64,000 bases of DNA. It comes from Eledone cirrhosa (lineage: Eukaryota). The DNA is taken from the NCBI GenBank assembly GCA_964016885.1, contig OZ024743.1, positions 345,526,001-345,590,000 of the forward strand. The letters run 5' to 3'. The translations under genes were made by a program, and so were the position numbers. Below are positions 1-14,439 of this stretch, one piece after another. Under the pieces are notes generated by a model. It saw nothing but the letters and a program-made list of their open reading frames with translations, was not told where the DNA came from and searched no databases. The number at the start of each line of letters is the position of its first letter. Within the stretch, counting starts at the first letter, position 1.

Positions 1-1235
<1,235 letters not shown>

Positions 1236-1540
1236 GGGAAAGAAAGAAAGAGGGAAAGAGAAAGATGAAGGTCAATAGAGAGGAAATAGAATTGGTTCGA
1301 AGTTCATAGAAGACGCTAAGCTGGTTTCTTACCCCCATGCCACTGGTTATTATGGTGCACCAATTCAAGGGCCAATCCATATACAGTCTTTGGTTAATAC
1401 ATAGGAGTGATATTTTGTACGGTAGAGAGATTGTTGTATTGCATTAGATAAACTGAGAAATCAAATATTTCAGTGCGAGTTCGTAAACGCAAGTTACAGA
1501 TTTAGATTTCTCTTCTCATATATTTGTGCGCACTGATGTA

Positions 1541-1578
1541 CACATACACACACACACACACACGCACACACTCACACA

Positions 1579-1669
<91 letters not shown>

Positions 1670-1781
1670 ACATACACACACACATACACCCATATATACA
1701 CACAGACACACACACACACACACGCATAGACCCATACACACACACACATACACACACGCATACACCCATACACACACCCAC
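1541..1781. repeat. (CA)n microsatellite
   Basis: Directly visible. Confidence 0.95.
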
Positions 1782-2185
1782 ATGCTTAGAAGAAAACTGA
1801 CCGAATGGCGAGGATTTTGAAACTAATTCATCTAGTTGTAGTAGTAGTCGTAGCCGTCGTCGTTGTCGTCGTCGTCGTCGTCGTAGTAGTAGTAGTAGTA
1901 GTAGCAGTAGTAGTAGTAGTAGGAGGAGAAGGAGGAGGAGGGGGGGAGGAGGGGTTGATACGAAGAAGGAGAGAGAAAATAGAATAAAAATGTAGCACTT
2001 ATAACAAGAAGACGAATAAAGAAACTGGCATGATAAGTTTGATATGAGAATAAAGGGGTCGCACGCCCATAAACCACACTGGACGCGATTACGTCGTCTT
2101 CTCCTTCTTGTTGTTCTTCATTTTTGTCTTCTTCAAAGAAAAGGAATTTCCATCCTACTTTGATTACACACACAAACACGCGCGT

Positions 2186-2735
<550 letters not shown>

Positions 2736-3136
2736 TATCGGTTCATCTCATCACCTAATTCAGATCTGATTTACACAATATCACACACGCTATCTGTCTT
2801 TCTTCTTTCCTCCCTTGTCTCCTGCAATCATTGAACATAACTCCGACCCATACGGCAACCTCCATGGATTTTTTTTTTACTATCTTCTCGCGATTTGCTG
2901 AACCAGATTGTATCTCCTTCGTAGTTATCATTAAGTAGGTTTAATGGTGATACGTTTTGAAGAGGCTATTTAGAAAACACCAGTCACACACTCAACAGAA
3001 TATAAAAAGCTGGCAAGAAAATTTAATATTAAGAAAACGTAATACATATAATGCCCACAACTATTTGTTCACAGACTTTCACACACAGACACATGCATAG
3101 GTACACACACAGACATCCCCCCCTCTCTCTCTCTCC

Positions 3137-3181
<45 letters not shown>

Positions 3182-3209
3182 TCTGTCTCTCACTCTCTCA
3201 CTCTCTCCC

Positions 3210-3296
<87 letters not shown>

Positions 3297-3320
3297 ATAT
3301 ACTTTAATATGTATATATGC

Positions 3321-3391
<71 letters not shown>

Positions 3392-3594
3392 TATGTACAC
3401 GTACATACATATATGTATACCGACGTACAGTAGTATGTATATATATATATACATACATGCACACATATATATATGCACGTATGGATTCACCGAACATTTA
3501 TTATAATGCTCGGTGTGTTTGTAAACAAACATCCCGTATTAAGCCGTAGTGTCTAGCAACCACCGTTGCTCGTTTGTTCAACACTGACAAAGGA

Positions 3595-3637
3595 ACGCTG
3601 TACTAGTTTCAAGCTTGTTAGCTATCGTCAGCAACGT
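3595..3637 (-). ncRNA. Type I hammerhead ribozyme (family B copy 1)
   Basis: Reverse complement reads acgttg-CTGACGA-tagctaacaagctt-GAAA-ctag-TA-cagcgt. Confidence 0.8.
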
Positions 3638-4016
3638 ATACCTTTCTGCCAGATTGTTGAACGTATATACTTACCTGATGCATATTAACGGCTGAGTAGC
3701 CCAATATGCATATCGAGTGGGTTAATCGGCCGGGTGCACCGAAAACGATAAACGGAAAAAATGAAACGATATTTCATTTCCCACTCTTAGTACGGCTGTT
3801 ACTTAAATATAAGTATGTACACGTACATACATATATGTATACCGACGTACAGTAGTATGTATATATATATATACATACATGCACACATATATATATGCAC
3901 GTATGGATTCACCGAACATTTATTATAATGCTCGGTGTGTTTGTAAACAAACATCCCGTATTAAGCCGTAGTGTCTAGCAACCACCGTTGCTCGTTTGTT
4001 CAACACTGACAAAGGA

Positions 4017-4059
4017 ACGCTGTACTAGTTTCAAGCTTGTTAGCTATCGTCAGCAACGT
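4017..4059 (-). ncRNA. Type I hammerhead ribozyme (family B copy 2)
   Basis: Same motif as 3595-3637 in the second tandem unit. Confidence 0.8.
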
Positions 4060-4434
4060 ATACCTTTTGCCAGATTGTTGAACGTATATACTTACCTTAT
4101 GCATATTAACGGCTGAGTAGCCCAATATGCATATCGAGTGGGTTAATCGGCCGGGTGCACCGAAAACGATAAACGGAAAAAATGAAACGATATTTCATTT
4201 CCCACTCTTAGTACGGCTGTTACTTAAATATAAGTATGTACACGTACATACATATATGTATACCGACGTACAGTAGTATGTATATATATATATACATACA
4301 TGCACACATATATATATGCACGTATGGATGTTTCATTTTTTCCGTTTATCGTTTTCGGTGCACCCGGCCGATTAACCCACTCGATATGCATATTGGGCTA
4401 CTCAGCCGTTAATATGCATAAGGTAAGTATATAC

Positions 4435-4521
4435 GTTCAACAATCTGGCAGAAAGGTATACGTTGCTGACGATAGCTAACAAGCTTGAAACTAGTACAGC
4501 GTTCCTTTGTCAGTGTTGAAC
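4435..4521 (+). ncRNA. Type I hammerhead ribozyme with extended stem I (family B copy 3)
   Basis: CTGACGA 4466-4472, GAAA 4487-4490, palindromic stem III ACTAGT, GUA site 4494-4496. Stem I acgttg/cagcgt extends via aaagg/ccttt, ctggca/tgtcag and gttcaaca/tgttgaac. Confidence 0.85.
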
Positions 4522-4765
4522 AAACGAGCAACGGTGGTTGCTAGACACTACGGCTTAATACGGGATGTTTGTTTACAAACACACCGAGCATTATAATAAA
4601 TGTTCGGTGAATCCATACGTGCATATATATATGTGTGCATGTATGTATATATATATATACATACTACTGTACGTCGGTATACATATATGTATGTACGTGT
4701 ACATACTTATATTTAAGTAACAGCCGTACTAAGAGTGGGAAATGAAATATCGTTTCATTTTTTCC

Positions 4766-4834
<69 letters not shown>

Positions 4835-5009
4835 GCAAATAAAAGAAACATATATATATATATATATATATGCAAAAGTTCTATTTAAATTGTTGGGATA
4901 CAACAAGCAAATATTTTTATAACTGATATAAAGCACTCGACAAGTATTTGGAGTAAATATACGATATTAACAAATGGAAACTATATTTATAAAACCATAT
5001 TTATTTCAT

Positions 5010-5062
5010 TATACATATTTCAAGGATACCATGTTAAATTATGGTATGCCTTCATCAGACAA
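5010..5062 (-). ncRNA. Hammerhead-like motif in a small (TA)n-flanked element (4872-5143)
   Basis: Reverse complement: CTGATGA-aggcataccat-aatttaac-atggtatcctt-GAAA-tatgta. Strong stem II; stems I and III weak. Confidence 0.6.
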
Positions 5063-5140
5063 AATACAATATATACCAATTTTATAAATAAACATTGACG
5101 TACCCTTTCAAAATGCAACCGTTACTTTTGGAAGACATAA

Positions 5141-5142
<2 letters not shown>

Positions 5143-5215
<73 letters not shown>

Positions 5216-5237
5216 TTTATATGCATATATATATATA

Positions 5238-5309
<72 letters not shown>

Positions 5310-5393
5310 TATAAATATATATATATATATATATATATGCATATAAATATATGTATATATATATATACATATATTTATATGCATATATATATA

Positions 5394-5477
<84 letters not shown>

Positions 5478-5505
5478 TATATATATATATGCATATAAAT
5501 ATATG

Positions 5506-5588
<83 letters not shown>
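5143..5588. repeat. (TA)n tract with TGCA interruptions
   Basis: Directly visible. Confidence 0.95.
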
Positions 5589-5590
<2 letters not shown>

Positions 5591-5774
5591 TTATGTCTTC
5601 CAAAAGTAATCCCTATTCAATATAGAAATGGCTTCTACAGGACTAGAACTGTAGAAGCCATTTCTATATTAAATGATGTTGAACTGTGTTTACCACCGAT
5701 TTTACTCGGGGTCGGCACACACACACACACACATAAATATACATATATGTGCGTGTGTGTATCTAGTCTCTAAA

Positions 5775-5911
5775 GTCTGACTGAAGCTCGGAGGCTGATC
5801 AGGCCGGTGCTTATTCCGGTTTCCATGGCGATAAGCGACTGAGAGTACAATACTCCCGCCAGACCATCGCTGGGTGAAACTCGTAGCTATTGCTGGAGCA
5901 ACATAAAATGA
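5775..5911 (-). mobile_element. Degenerate SINE fragment
   Basis: Shares taagcgactgaga... with the degenerate repeat at ~39440-39660. Confidence 0.4.
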
Positions 5912-6362
5912 AGCCGTTAATATGCATAAGGTAAGTATATGTTCAAAAATCTCGCAGGAAGGTATTCGTTGCTGACGATAGTTAATAAGCTTGAAACAAG
6001 TACAGCGTTCCTTTGTCAGTGTTGAACAAACGAGCAACGATGATTGCTGGACACTACAGCTTAATACGGGATGTTTGTTTACAAACATACCGAGCATTAT
6101 AATAAATGTTCGGTGAATCTATAAGAGCATATGTATATGTGTGCATGTATGTATATATATATATATATACATACTACTGTACGTCTGTATACATATATGT
6201 ATGTACGTGTACATACTTATATTTAAGTAACAGCCGTACTAAGAGTGGGAAATGAAATTTCGTTTCATTTTTTCCGTTTATCGGTTTCGGTGCACCCGGC
6301 CGATTAACCCACTCGATATGCAAATTGTGCTACTCAGCCGTTAATATGCACAAGGTAAGTAT
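5912..6362 (+). mobile_element. Diverged family B monomer with a different circular permutation; HHR at 5967-6008
   Basis: Starts and ends with agccgttaatatgca.aaggtaagt (~28 nt redundancy). CTGACGA 5972-5978, then GAAACAAGTA-cagcg. Confidence 0.85.
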
Positions 6363-6381
6363 GTGTACATATATATATATA

Positions 6382-6698
6382 TTTCGTTTCTGAATTTGTT
6401 TAGCAAGATTCTTTATCTGAAAACGTGTGTTGAAACCGATATTGTTATACTTTGGGAGGGTCATGTTGCCAATAAGAAACACACGCACCAGTTGCTCTTA
6501 CTTCAATGAAGAGGTCTCAGAATGTGTGATGAACGAACTTTGACAATATATGAACAATCATCTGGTTGTGGAACCAACCAACCAACTGGAAATTTATAAA
6601 TTCCTAAATTTATAAATTTAATTTATAATAAATTGAAGTGAAATAACTGGTGCGTGTGTTTCTTATTGGCAACATGACCCTCCCAAAGTATAACAATA
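6382..6698 (+). mobile_element. Non-autonomous mini-PLE: inverted 3' tail plus partial pseudo-LTR with degenerate HHR
   Basis: Inverted repeat 6441-6493/6645-6698. Homologous to the pseudo-LTR at 48925-49181 of the minus-strand PLE. Confidence 0.8.
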
Positions 6699-6710
6699 TA
6701 TATATATATA

Positions 6711-7303
6711 TATATGGTCTTTAAAGCGATGAAATACCATTGAAGGTTGGAAGATCACTGATGAAGGACTAAATTTATTCATATGTAACCCATTTGCAAC
6801 CACGCAGCACGCCATGTTTTCATATTCATATACAATTCCCTCCGCTGTGACCCGTCTATTTCTTTCTTACTGTTTCCCTTTTCTCTGTATCTCTCACTTC
6901 CTTTTACCCCTCTAACAGTCACTCTCTCTGTTTCCCTCTTCCTCACACTTTCACTCACTCACTCTCTGCTACCCCCACCCCCACCCCTCCTACTTCCTCC
7001 TGTTTGACCTGTGCGAGATTCTTTCCTCACGCACACTTTGACCCGGTCGGATGGTCTTTATTCTCTCTCGTCTACGATTTCACAGAACTTATGATCATCG
7101 ATTTCAGGGACTTGACTCCTTCTTCCTCACTTTTCTTTGCATTACCATCTTTGATTGTTTACTGTCTCGCTCGTTCCCCTTATTTACGTGTCCCAACGAC
7201 TTTGTTTAGCCGTTGCTCGCACCAACCTGAGGTATATGGTCTTTAAAGCGATGAAATACCAATGAAGGTTGGAAGATTACTGATGAAGGACTAAATTCAT
7301 TTA
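6711..7303 (+). mobile_element. Non-coding ~522 bp unit with ~65 nt terminal direct repeat (family D)
   Basis: tatatggtctttaaagcgatgaaatacc...ctgatgaaggactaaatt at 6711 and 7233. Related copy at 36740-37213. (TA)n flanks. Confidence 0.7.
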
Positions 7304-7319
7304 TATATATATATATAGT

Positions 7320-8250
7320 GGTCATCAGTTTTTTAGCCGCTTCTTCATGCATCTACACGGGAAATCCGCCATTACCATCAGCGACTACTTCCATACAATG
7401 TTTGAAACGTTGATATACTCGAATTAGATAGTCTCTACCTATAGTCAACATTGTGCTAGAGATTTTATAGTGTTATGGGGACGTTGATTGCCTACGTCTG
7501 ATACATACTTGTCCAACGGATTCATGGAGCGATGTGAAGCCATTTGTTAGATGTGACACGATGATGGAAGTTGTCACTCATCCATTCTTGGGTGGGTCAT
7601 CATGGTCTTATGAGACGGCACAGAGTCTTGGTAGATATACGCTCTTCAATTACGCACTCTCTCTATCCAACATCCCTTATATTCAGTAGTATTGAACTTC
7701 AAGCTCCGCGCAAGAAAGTGAATTGGTATGCTACCTCCCTTGTTTCTCATGATTCCTAGAATTATTGCAGTTGCCGGATCGTTGAACTATTTCTCCTGAT
7801 CAATATTTTGTAATCAGAAAATAACCAAAAAAAAAACCAAAAAAAAAATACGAAAGCTTTTGATGATTCAACTCGCCCAACAAGACCTTTGCCCGGATCA
7901 GGTTTTTATCTTTTGTCTTTGCAGAAATGAATTCGTCTCTCCGCATCACATAGAATGTGTATCGAAGGACCCCATGCACATTTCGTGGGCCTCAAAACGT
8001 TGAGGTATTTAGCAATAGTGCAATTTGATTTTTTGGGCTTCCTTTCGATAATTTTCTCCACCTTACGTACAAAGTTGTTTGATCTGATGGAATTATGGCT
8101 TTTGCTTGCCGTTTAACATTTGGCCACTACAATGGAATCAATGTAAGGCATAGTTTACATGTTGCGTTTTCAGTTGTTGAGTTAACTTGATGTCTGTCAT
8201 CATTTATCTGGAAAGAGGTGATAGTCAGAATAAGTCAGAACATCTTTAGA
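7320..8250 (-). pseudogene. Decayed Tc1/mariner (maT/DD37D-like) transposase
   Basis: Minus-strand fragments translate to QDSVPSHKT..TQEW (~7580-7635), MNPLDKYV (~7500-7526, SPDLNPLDY-like) and C-terminal RFKHCMEVVADGNGG (~7345-7410). Confidence 0.7.
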
Positions 8251-8700
8251 GCTATTAAAAAACGCGATCAGAAAGAACCAAGCAACAATATATATATATA
8301 AATATAGAACCACATACATACATAGCAAATACATACATACATGCGTACGTACGTACGCATGTATGTACGTACGTAAATACGTACATACTTACATACATAC
8401 AGTGGCGGACTGGCCGGGTTACCAGTTTGGCCAATGGCATGTGGGCCCCAGTGCGCCCACGGTAGCATTGCAGGGGCCCACTGTATTATGTTAGGGGCCA
8501 ATGCTTTGATTTCTAAAAATTACTTTTAAAAAGCGTCTTAGAGAAAGAATGAACACATTTTAAAAATAAATAAACAAATAATCAAAGCATTTGGTTAAAC
8601 AATTCCCTAGGGAATTAATAGAAACCAAAATATATGATAATGCTAATAGTTATAATCACTGGTTTCTAAATTCATCCATGAATACATTGACACTTCTCCC

Positions 8701-8748
<48 letters not shown>

Positions 8749-8794
8749 CGTAAAATAAGAAAATTATAAAATTAACTTACTTACTAAAATATCA

Positions 8795-8875
8795 CTTCCA
8801 ACTAAATTAGTTTCTGGAATGGAGTAAATATATTTTCCGAAGAAGACATGGAGAAACATTCCGTCGTCAGGGAAG
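8795..8875 (-). ncRNA. Type I hammerhead ribozyme in a (TA)n-flanked element (~8742-9085)
   Basis: Reverse complement: cttcc-CTGACGA-cggaatg...cattcca-GAAA-ctaatttag-TT-ggaag. Stems I, II and III all pair; GUU site. Confidence 0.8.
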
Positions 8876-9321
8876 ACTATTCTCATCTAAGTATGCAGGC
8901 AAAGCGTGGACTCTGGAAACTTATTAAAAAATAATTCAGTGGATAGGAAATAGCAAAGTGTGGACTGAATTCCTAGCCATTGAGAAAATCACTGCCTCTG
9001 CGTCTGTGGCAAATTCAAAAGAATCAATCACGTGACATCGAGGTCAATCAGTGGAAAGTGGTTTGCTAATAAGACAGCGGTCCATATATATATAAATATA
9101 TATATATATATACTTACACATGCACACGAGTGGGTGGCCAAATCATTTTTGATATCAATGGGTTAAAGACATTTGTGAAATCAACTAGTGGTGAGATCTT
9201 TCTAAAGTTCCTGAAAAGAATGATTCGCCAAACAATGTTTGTAAAAGTTGAAAACATATATGTATACATATATATAAATCTATATAAACACATGTACATG
9301 TACACACATTCACACACTCCC

Positions 9322-9366
<45 letters not shown>

Positions 9367-9373
9367 TAGAAGG

Positions 9374-9510
9374 ATTTAAATGGATACAGTTCAGTAAAAG
9401 GAATTTATTGACACGTGTTTCAATAACAGTTATATAACCTGAAAACAGCTGCTATCTACAAAGTATTAATTATGCAGACACTCAATATTTCAATGTTATT
9501 TTCAACTATC

Positions 9511-9551
<41 letters not shown>

Positions 9552-9715
9552 AGTGAGTGTGAAAGACCAAAGGTCATTATTTAAATGGATACAGTTCAGT
9601 AAAAGGAATTTATTGACACGTGTTTCAATAACAGTTATATAACCTGAAAACAGCTGCTATCTACAAAGTATTAATTATGCAGACACTCAATATTTCAATG
9701 TTATTTTCAACTATC

Positions 9716-9764
<49 letters not shown>

Positions 9765-9928
9765 AGTGAGTGTGAAAGACCAAAGGTCATTATTTAAATG
9801 GATACAGTTCAGTAAAAGGAATTTATTGACACGTGTTTCAATAACAGTTATATAACCTGAAAACAGCTGCTATCTACAAAGTATTAATTATGCAGACACT
9901 CAATATTTCAATGTTATTTTCAACTATC

Positions 9929-9981
<53 letters not shown>

Positions 9982-10015
9982 AGTGAGTGTGAAAGACCAA
10001 AGGTCATTATTTAAA
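9374..10015. repeat. Three tandem ~205-215 bp units, each with an internal (TA)n and a degenerate minus-strand HHR-like motif
   Basis: tttaaatggatacagttcag at ~9375, 9580 and 9793. Reverse complement has TTGTAGA-tagcag...ctgtta-tt-GAAACACGTGTC-aataaa. Confidence 0.8.
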
Positions 10016-10423
10016 GTCTCTGGATTTGTATATTTCGCAAGGTACTTTATATCTTTTATTGGTTTATTGGTGAAAGCAAGAACGGCCACTTGCATACTCC
10101 TCTCTAAATAACAGTATACTATGCATTCACAATTATTTGAAAACTCAATTATAACATTCTGTATTAACATTTAGTATTACATTATACTGCCAGTAATATG
10201 TACAGTGTATATACACTATGATTAGTAAAATATGCCCATTTTTTTCAGAAAAAATTTGATTGCAGTTTTGTTTTCACATGTATCTTTTTGAAAATGTTAC
10301 TTATTTATTATAAAAATTAAATGATAGCATTCTATATGTGGGTGGGCCACCTTTATCTCCTGCAACCAATGTTTTTAGACCCAATCCGCCACTGCATACA
10401 TGCATACATACATACATATATTC

Positions 10424-11548
10424 ACCTTCTTCTTCGCCCACATATTCCTGAGAGGAACGTGTGGGCAGAGTCCTCAAACATTCCTTCCAACGGGCCCTGT
10501 GAGAAGTAACCGTCTCCATCTGATTCAGCATGAGCCCCAAGTGAGACCAGCGAAGCTAAAGGATGTTATTCAAACTACTAGTTATATTATTTATGATGGC
10601 TAAATCGTGAGTGACTCTCTGATCTCCGAGCTACGCACTCTATCGTGTAATGTTACTCCAAAGACCCGTCGGAGGAGGCCCATTGTATTGGCGATCGTAT
10701 TCTTTCGGTCATTACCCAATATTTATGACTATAGATAGCTAAGGGTTGGTATGAATATCGAATTGAAGATAGCGAGTTTGGCTTTTACACCATCCTCTTT
10801 ACTTCCGATTACTGAATGCTGAAGCTGGAACATTACTGCACAGCTCCGGCAATTCTTGCACTTAATTAAGCCTGCTGCTTTTCGTCATTCGTCAACACGG
10901 CCTGGAGATTCTTGAACCTCTCCAGGTGCTTCTGTGCAGTTCCTTTACATATAGAGTGCACTGCGCGGGCTTCCTTGAGAGGATGAGTGTTTCAGTTTAT
11001 GCAGCACTGATTTTCATCCCAGCCATGCAGCACTAGTCATCAAACCTATCAAGTGCAAGTTGGACATTACCTTCTGTCGAGTTAAGTAACACCATGTCGT
11101 CTGCAAATCCCAGCCGACTGATTTTATACCAGCCAGTCATGATACCACTTCCAACCCTTCTGTGCATGTCAATCCTGTTCATGAAAATAATGAACAATAG
11201 AGGTGACAGTACGCACCCATGTTGGAGTCCGACTACCACATTGAATGGTTTCTATTTAGCATAATTTTCCCGAACACAAGTACTCAGGCATTCGTATAGA
11301 GACATGAGGGCAGCAAGAAACACACCATCGATACCTTACTTCTGCGCAACTTTCCATAGCAGCTCCCGAGAAACGCGGTCAGATGCGTTTTCGGTGTCTA
11401 CAAAACAAGAATATACCTCTTGGCAATATACCCACGATTTCTCGAAGACCTGCCACAGTGTGAATATATGGTCGACTGTGCTGCGTCCGCGGCGAAAACT
11501 GCAGTGTCCGTCAGCTAGTTTGGACTCTATAATTTCCCTGCATCTCAT
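10424..11548 (-). mobile_element. Degenerate RTE-clade LINE (RT and 3' end)
   Basis: Fragments CSFRRGRSTVDHIFTLWQVFEKSW..FVD, GLQHGCVLSPLLFIIFM and GFADDMVLL; GAA-rich tail at ~10424-10435. Confidence 0.85.
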
Positions 11549-12610
11549 GGAGTTCTGGGATGGGATATGAGGAAACAATATGAGGCATAGAATGGATAGC
11601 CAAGTGGATAGACACAATCAAAACAGAATTGTGCAGAGGTAATATACTAAGAGATATCACCATAAACACAGGCGATGTAAAGGATCAGGTAGCCAATATA
11701 CCAAACTGGAAAGCCCCGGGAGCAGATGGGATCCACAGCCTGGAGTGGATTACGCTTGCCATCGGGGGAAACCATGAGAGAATCAGAAGATATCTTCTGG
11801 TTCTCGAATGGTCTCTCCCGATCCAGGTTGGAATTTAAAAATCAATTTTACTCTTTTTAAACATATCCCTCAATTTTGGGATATCAAGGATTAAACTACA
11901 TCGTGAACCTGTTGTAAGCAAGGCGATTTCAAGCCTGGTACTCAATGCCTTATAGTTACTGCCAATTCGGTGAAGAATAACATCTGACACCCCAAAATGA
12001 AGGCTCTGTGAAATGAACATGGAAAATGTAATTCACTTGGTAAGTGGATGTGAGAGCCTTGCGCAATTAGAATACCAGTTCCGCCATGATATATTTTCTC
12101 TATAACTTCATTGGTTTCTGTTCATACCAGTATGAAGTCATAGAGAATTGGTATAGCATGTGCCTTGTAAGGTAATGCAGGATAGTGGGAAAGCAACGAT
12201 ATTCTTCTATTATGATTTTCAAACTGATTGTGTAATTGAACATCGTCGTCCGGACCTTGTCGAATAGAACAAGAAAAACAAATACTGTCAGATCATTGGT
12301 GTGGCTATACCAAATGACATGAATATAGCGAGTAAGGAGATAGAAAAAATCACCAAATACTCTGAATTGAAAGTGGAGCTGGCAAGAATATTTGGATTTC
12401 TAGAGGGTAATGTGAAAGTGATAGCAGTTCTAATCGGGGCATTAGGGTCAATCCTATTGAAACTTCAAAACCTCTTAAAGGGGCTGGGAATAAACCATAC
12501 AGGTTAGATGTCACGCAAAAGGCGACTTTGCTAGATGCTGTGCACATTTTCAGGAAATTGTTATCTCTCTGAGGTCCTTGTTGCGACTTGACAGATGATT
12601 AAATATCTCC
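11549..12610 (+). mobile_element. Degenerate R4/Dong-like non-LTR element with restriction-like endonuclease
   Basis: NWKAPGADGIH; C..NMENVIHLVSGC..LAQLEYQFRHD (12008-12090); DFQTDCVIEHRRPDLV; KEIEKITKYSELKVEL...VIAVLIGALG. Confidence 0.8.
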
Positions 12611-13581
12611 CTATATTATCCATCTGCACTTCGTGACAGAGCGATAATAATGTATATGAAAGAATGTTAGGAAGGTAATATATATTGTTACATGTAGAAC
12701 ATAAATGTAGGTTATAATATGAATGCAAATTATATATAGAGAATATATGCTTACAGAATATGTGTAAAAGTCGCTAAATGAAACGTTTGAAAGATGTGAA
12801 TATTTGATAAAAATATGAACAAATTTCACATAGTAATATTTATTAACAATAGACAATATCAATTAAAAACAGTAGGATTGTGTGGTCAAGGCTGGAATGT
12901 TGTTGATTACATGTTTTCGAGTGGTGCTAACTTAGATTGTAACAAGTAGTTGTTTAGTCCCACGAACAGCATAAAGTAAAATATTGGATAGTTAAAGCTG
13001 TAATAACGTTGATTGTACACGTCCGGGTTCTCGTTGGTAATATCACAATAAAAATCGCCCACCAGAACAAGCCCCAAGAAAATACAAAACAACAACGGAT
13101 GCATTTATATGTATTTTATCCTGTTTATTGATAACAGTTATTAGACTGCGGCTATTCTGTGGCTTTGTTCTAACTGTTCGCTTTATCAACCAAAACAATA
13201 ATATCAATGAAAATATAAGGATAATACAAAGTGGAAAAGCGCAATATGTAGAAGGTCGCCGCAATTAAAGTGACAATATCTGCCATACCAATAACCTCAT
13301 AACTAGATGTGTAAGGGAAACAGACAATTATAAAATGACTCACAATAACAATACAAAATCAGTTCCATTAAGGAACAATTGTGGTTTTAAACGTAAAAAT
13401 ACAACTGGAATTATACACAGCTTCCCCTTGTGGTCAAGAACTTCGTTTCGTAACTATGAGAACTAGCAGAAAAACCGCCCAACGAGCGGTTTTCTGCTTG
13501 CTGATGTAGTGTGCATATTGGTATTATACGCAAATATATATGCATATAGATATATGTAAATTGAAAAGTAAATTGACAATA

Positions 13582-14240
13582 TCTTCTTCTTCACCCACTT
13601 ATTTCTGAGTGGGTCGTGGGGTCAGAGTCATTCTCAAACACTCCTTCCAGCGAGTCTGTCAGAAGCAAACATCTCTAACTGATCCAGCTGGATCCCAAAG
13701 CGTGACTAGCCAAGCTCATGGATGTTATCCAACTATCTTACTCAGGGTCTACCTCTGGGTCTCTTGCCGGTTGGTTTTGCCTGTAAAATGTGTCCAGCGA
13801 TCCTTTACTGAGACATTCTAACCACATGCTTATAATATCGGAGTTGTGATCTCTCAATGCGGAGAAGTAGCGGCTCTACCAGGAGTGACTCTCTGGTCTC
13901 TGAGCTATGCACTTTATCGAGTAACGTTACTCCAAAGACCCTTGGGAGAAATCCCATTTCTGCCGCTTTTATTTGCAATTGTATTCTTTTGGTCATTACT
14001 CATGATTCAAAATCTTCGGTAAGAGTTGGCAGGAATACCAGGAAGACAGCGAGTTTGGCTTTTACGCCCATCCCCTTCTTCTGGTTGCTAAATTCTGAGG
14101 CTGGTGCATTACTGCATCAGCTTTTGCAATTCTTGCACTTAATTCAGCCTCCTGCATTCCATCACTCATGAACACGGCTCCAAGATACTTGAACTTCTCT
14201 AACTGCTTCAGTAGAACTTCATTCACATGTATACAAATTT
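13582..14240 (-). mobile_element. Degenerate RTE-clade LINE 3' fragment
   Basis: LKQLEKFKYLGAVFMSDG and IKAAEMGFL..GVTLLDKVHSSETRESL.VEPLLLRIERSQLR; GAAGAAG tail. Confidence 0.85.
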
Positions 14241-14439
14241 GAGGGACCTGTGTCCACCCGTCTATCACGGAATGTGTATGTGTGTTTGTGTGAATGTATG
14301 TATGTGTAAAAGGAAGGACAGGGATACACACATATATATGTCTAACTTAAAAACAGGGACGCACACACACATACACGTCTCTTATTTAAGAACGCCAACA
14401 AACTCACGCGCGTGCACATACACACACTGGCCTATTACC

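Larger units (their letters stand above)
3385..4770. mobile_element. Retrozyme-like array: ~2.2 tandem 421-422 bp units followed by one inverted unit
   Basis: Marker gtatgtacacgtac at 3391, 3813 and 4234. Region 4330-4770 is the reverse complement of the unit with ~19 nt terminal redundancy. One HHR per unit; (TA)n on both flanks. Confidence 0.85.

Noticed and set aside
8400-8520. hAT-like terminal sequence cagtggcggac...gggcccc
   Set aside because: No matching opposite terminus or TSD found.
3385-10015. Tandem repeats as a CRISPR array
   Set aside because: Units are 200-420 bp with no unique spacers, no cas genes, and the context is eukaryotic.
12907-13264. Short hydrophobic ORFs resembling signal or TM peptides
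   Set aside because: Hydrophobicity is expected from T-rich DNA; no recognisable family or splice support.
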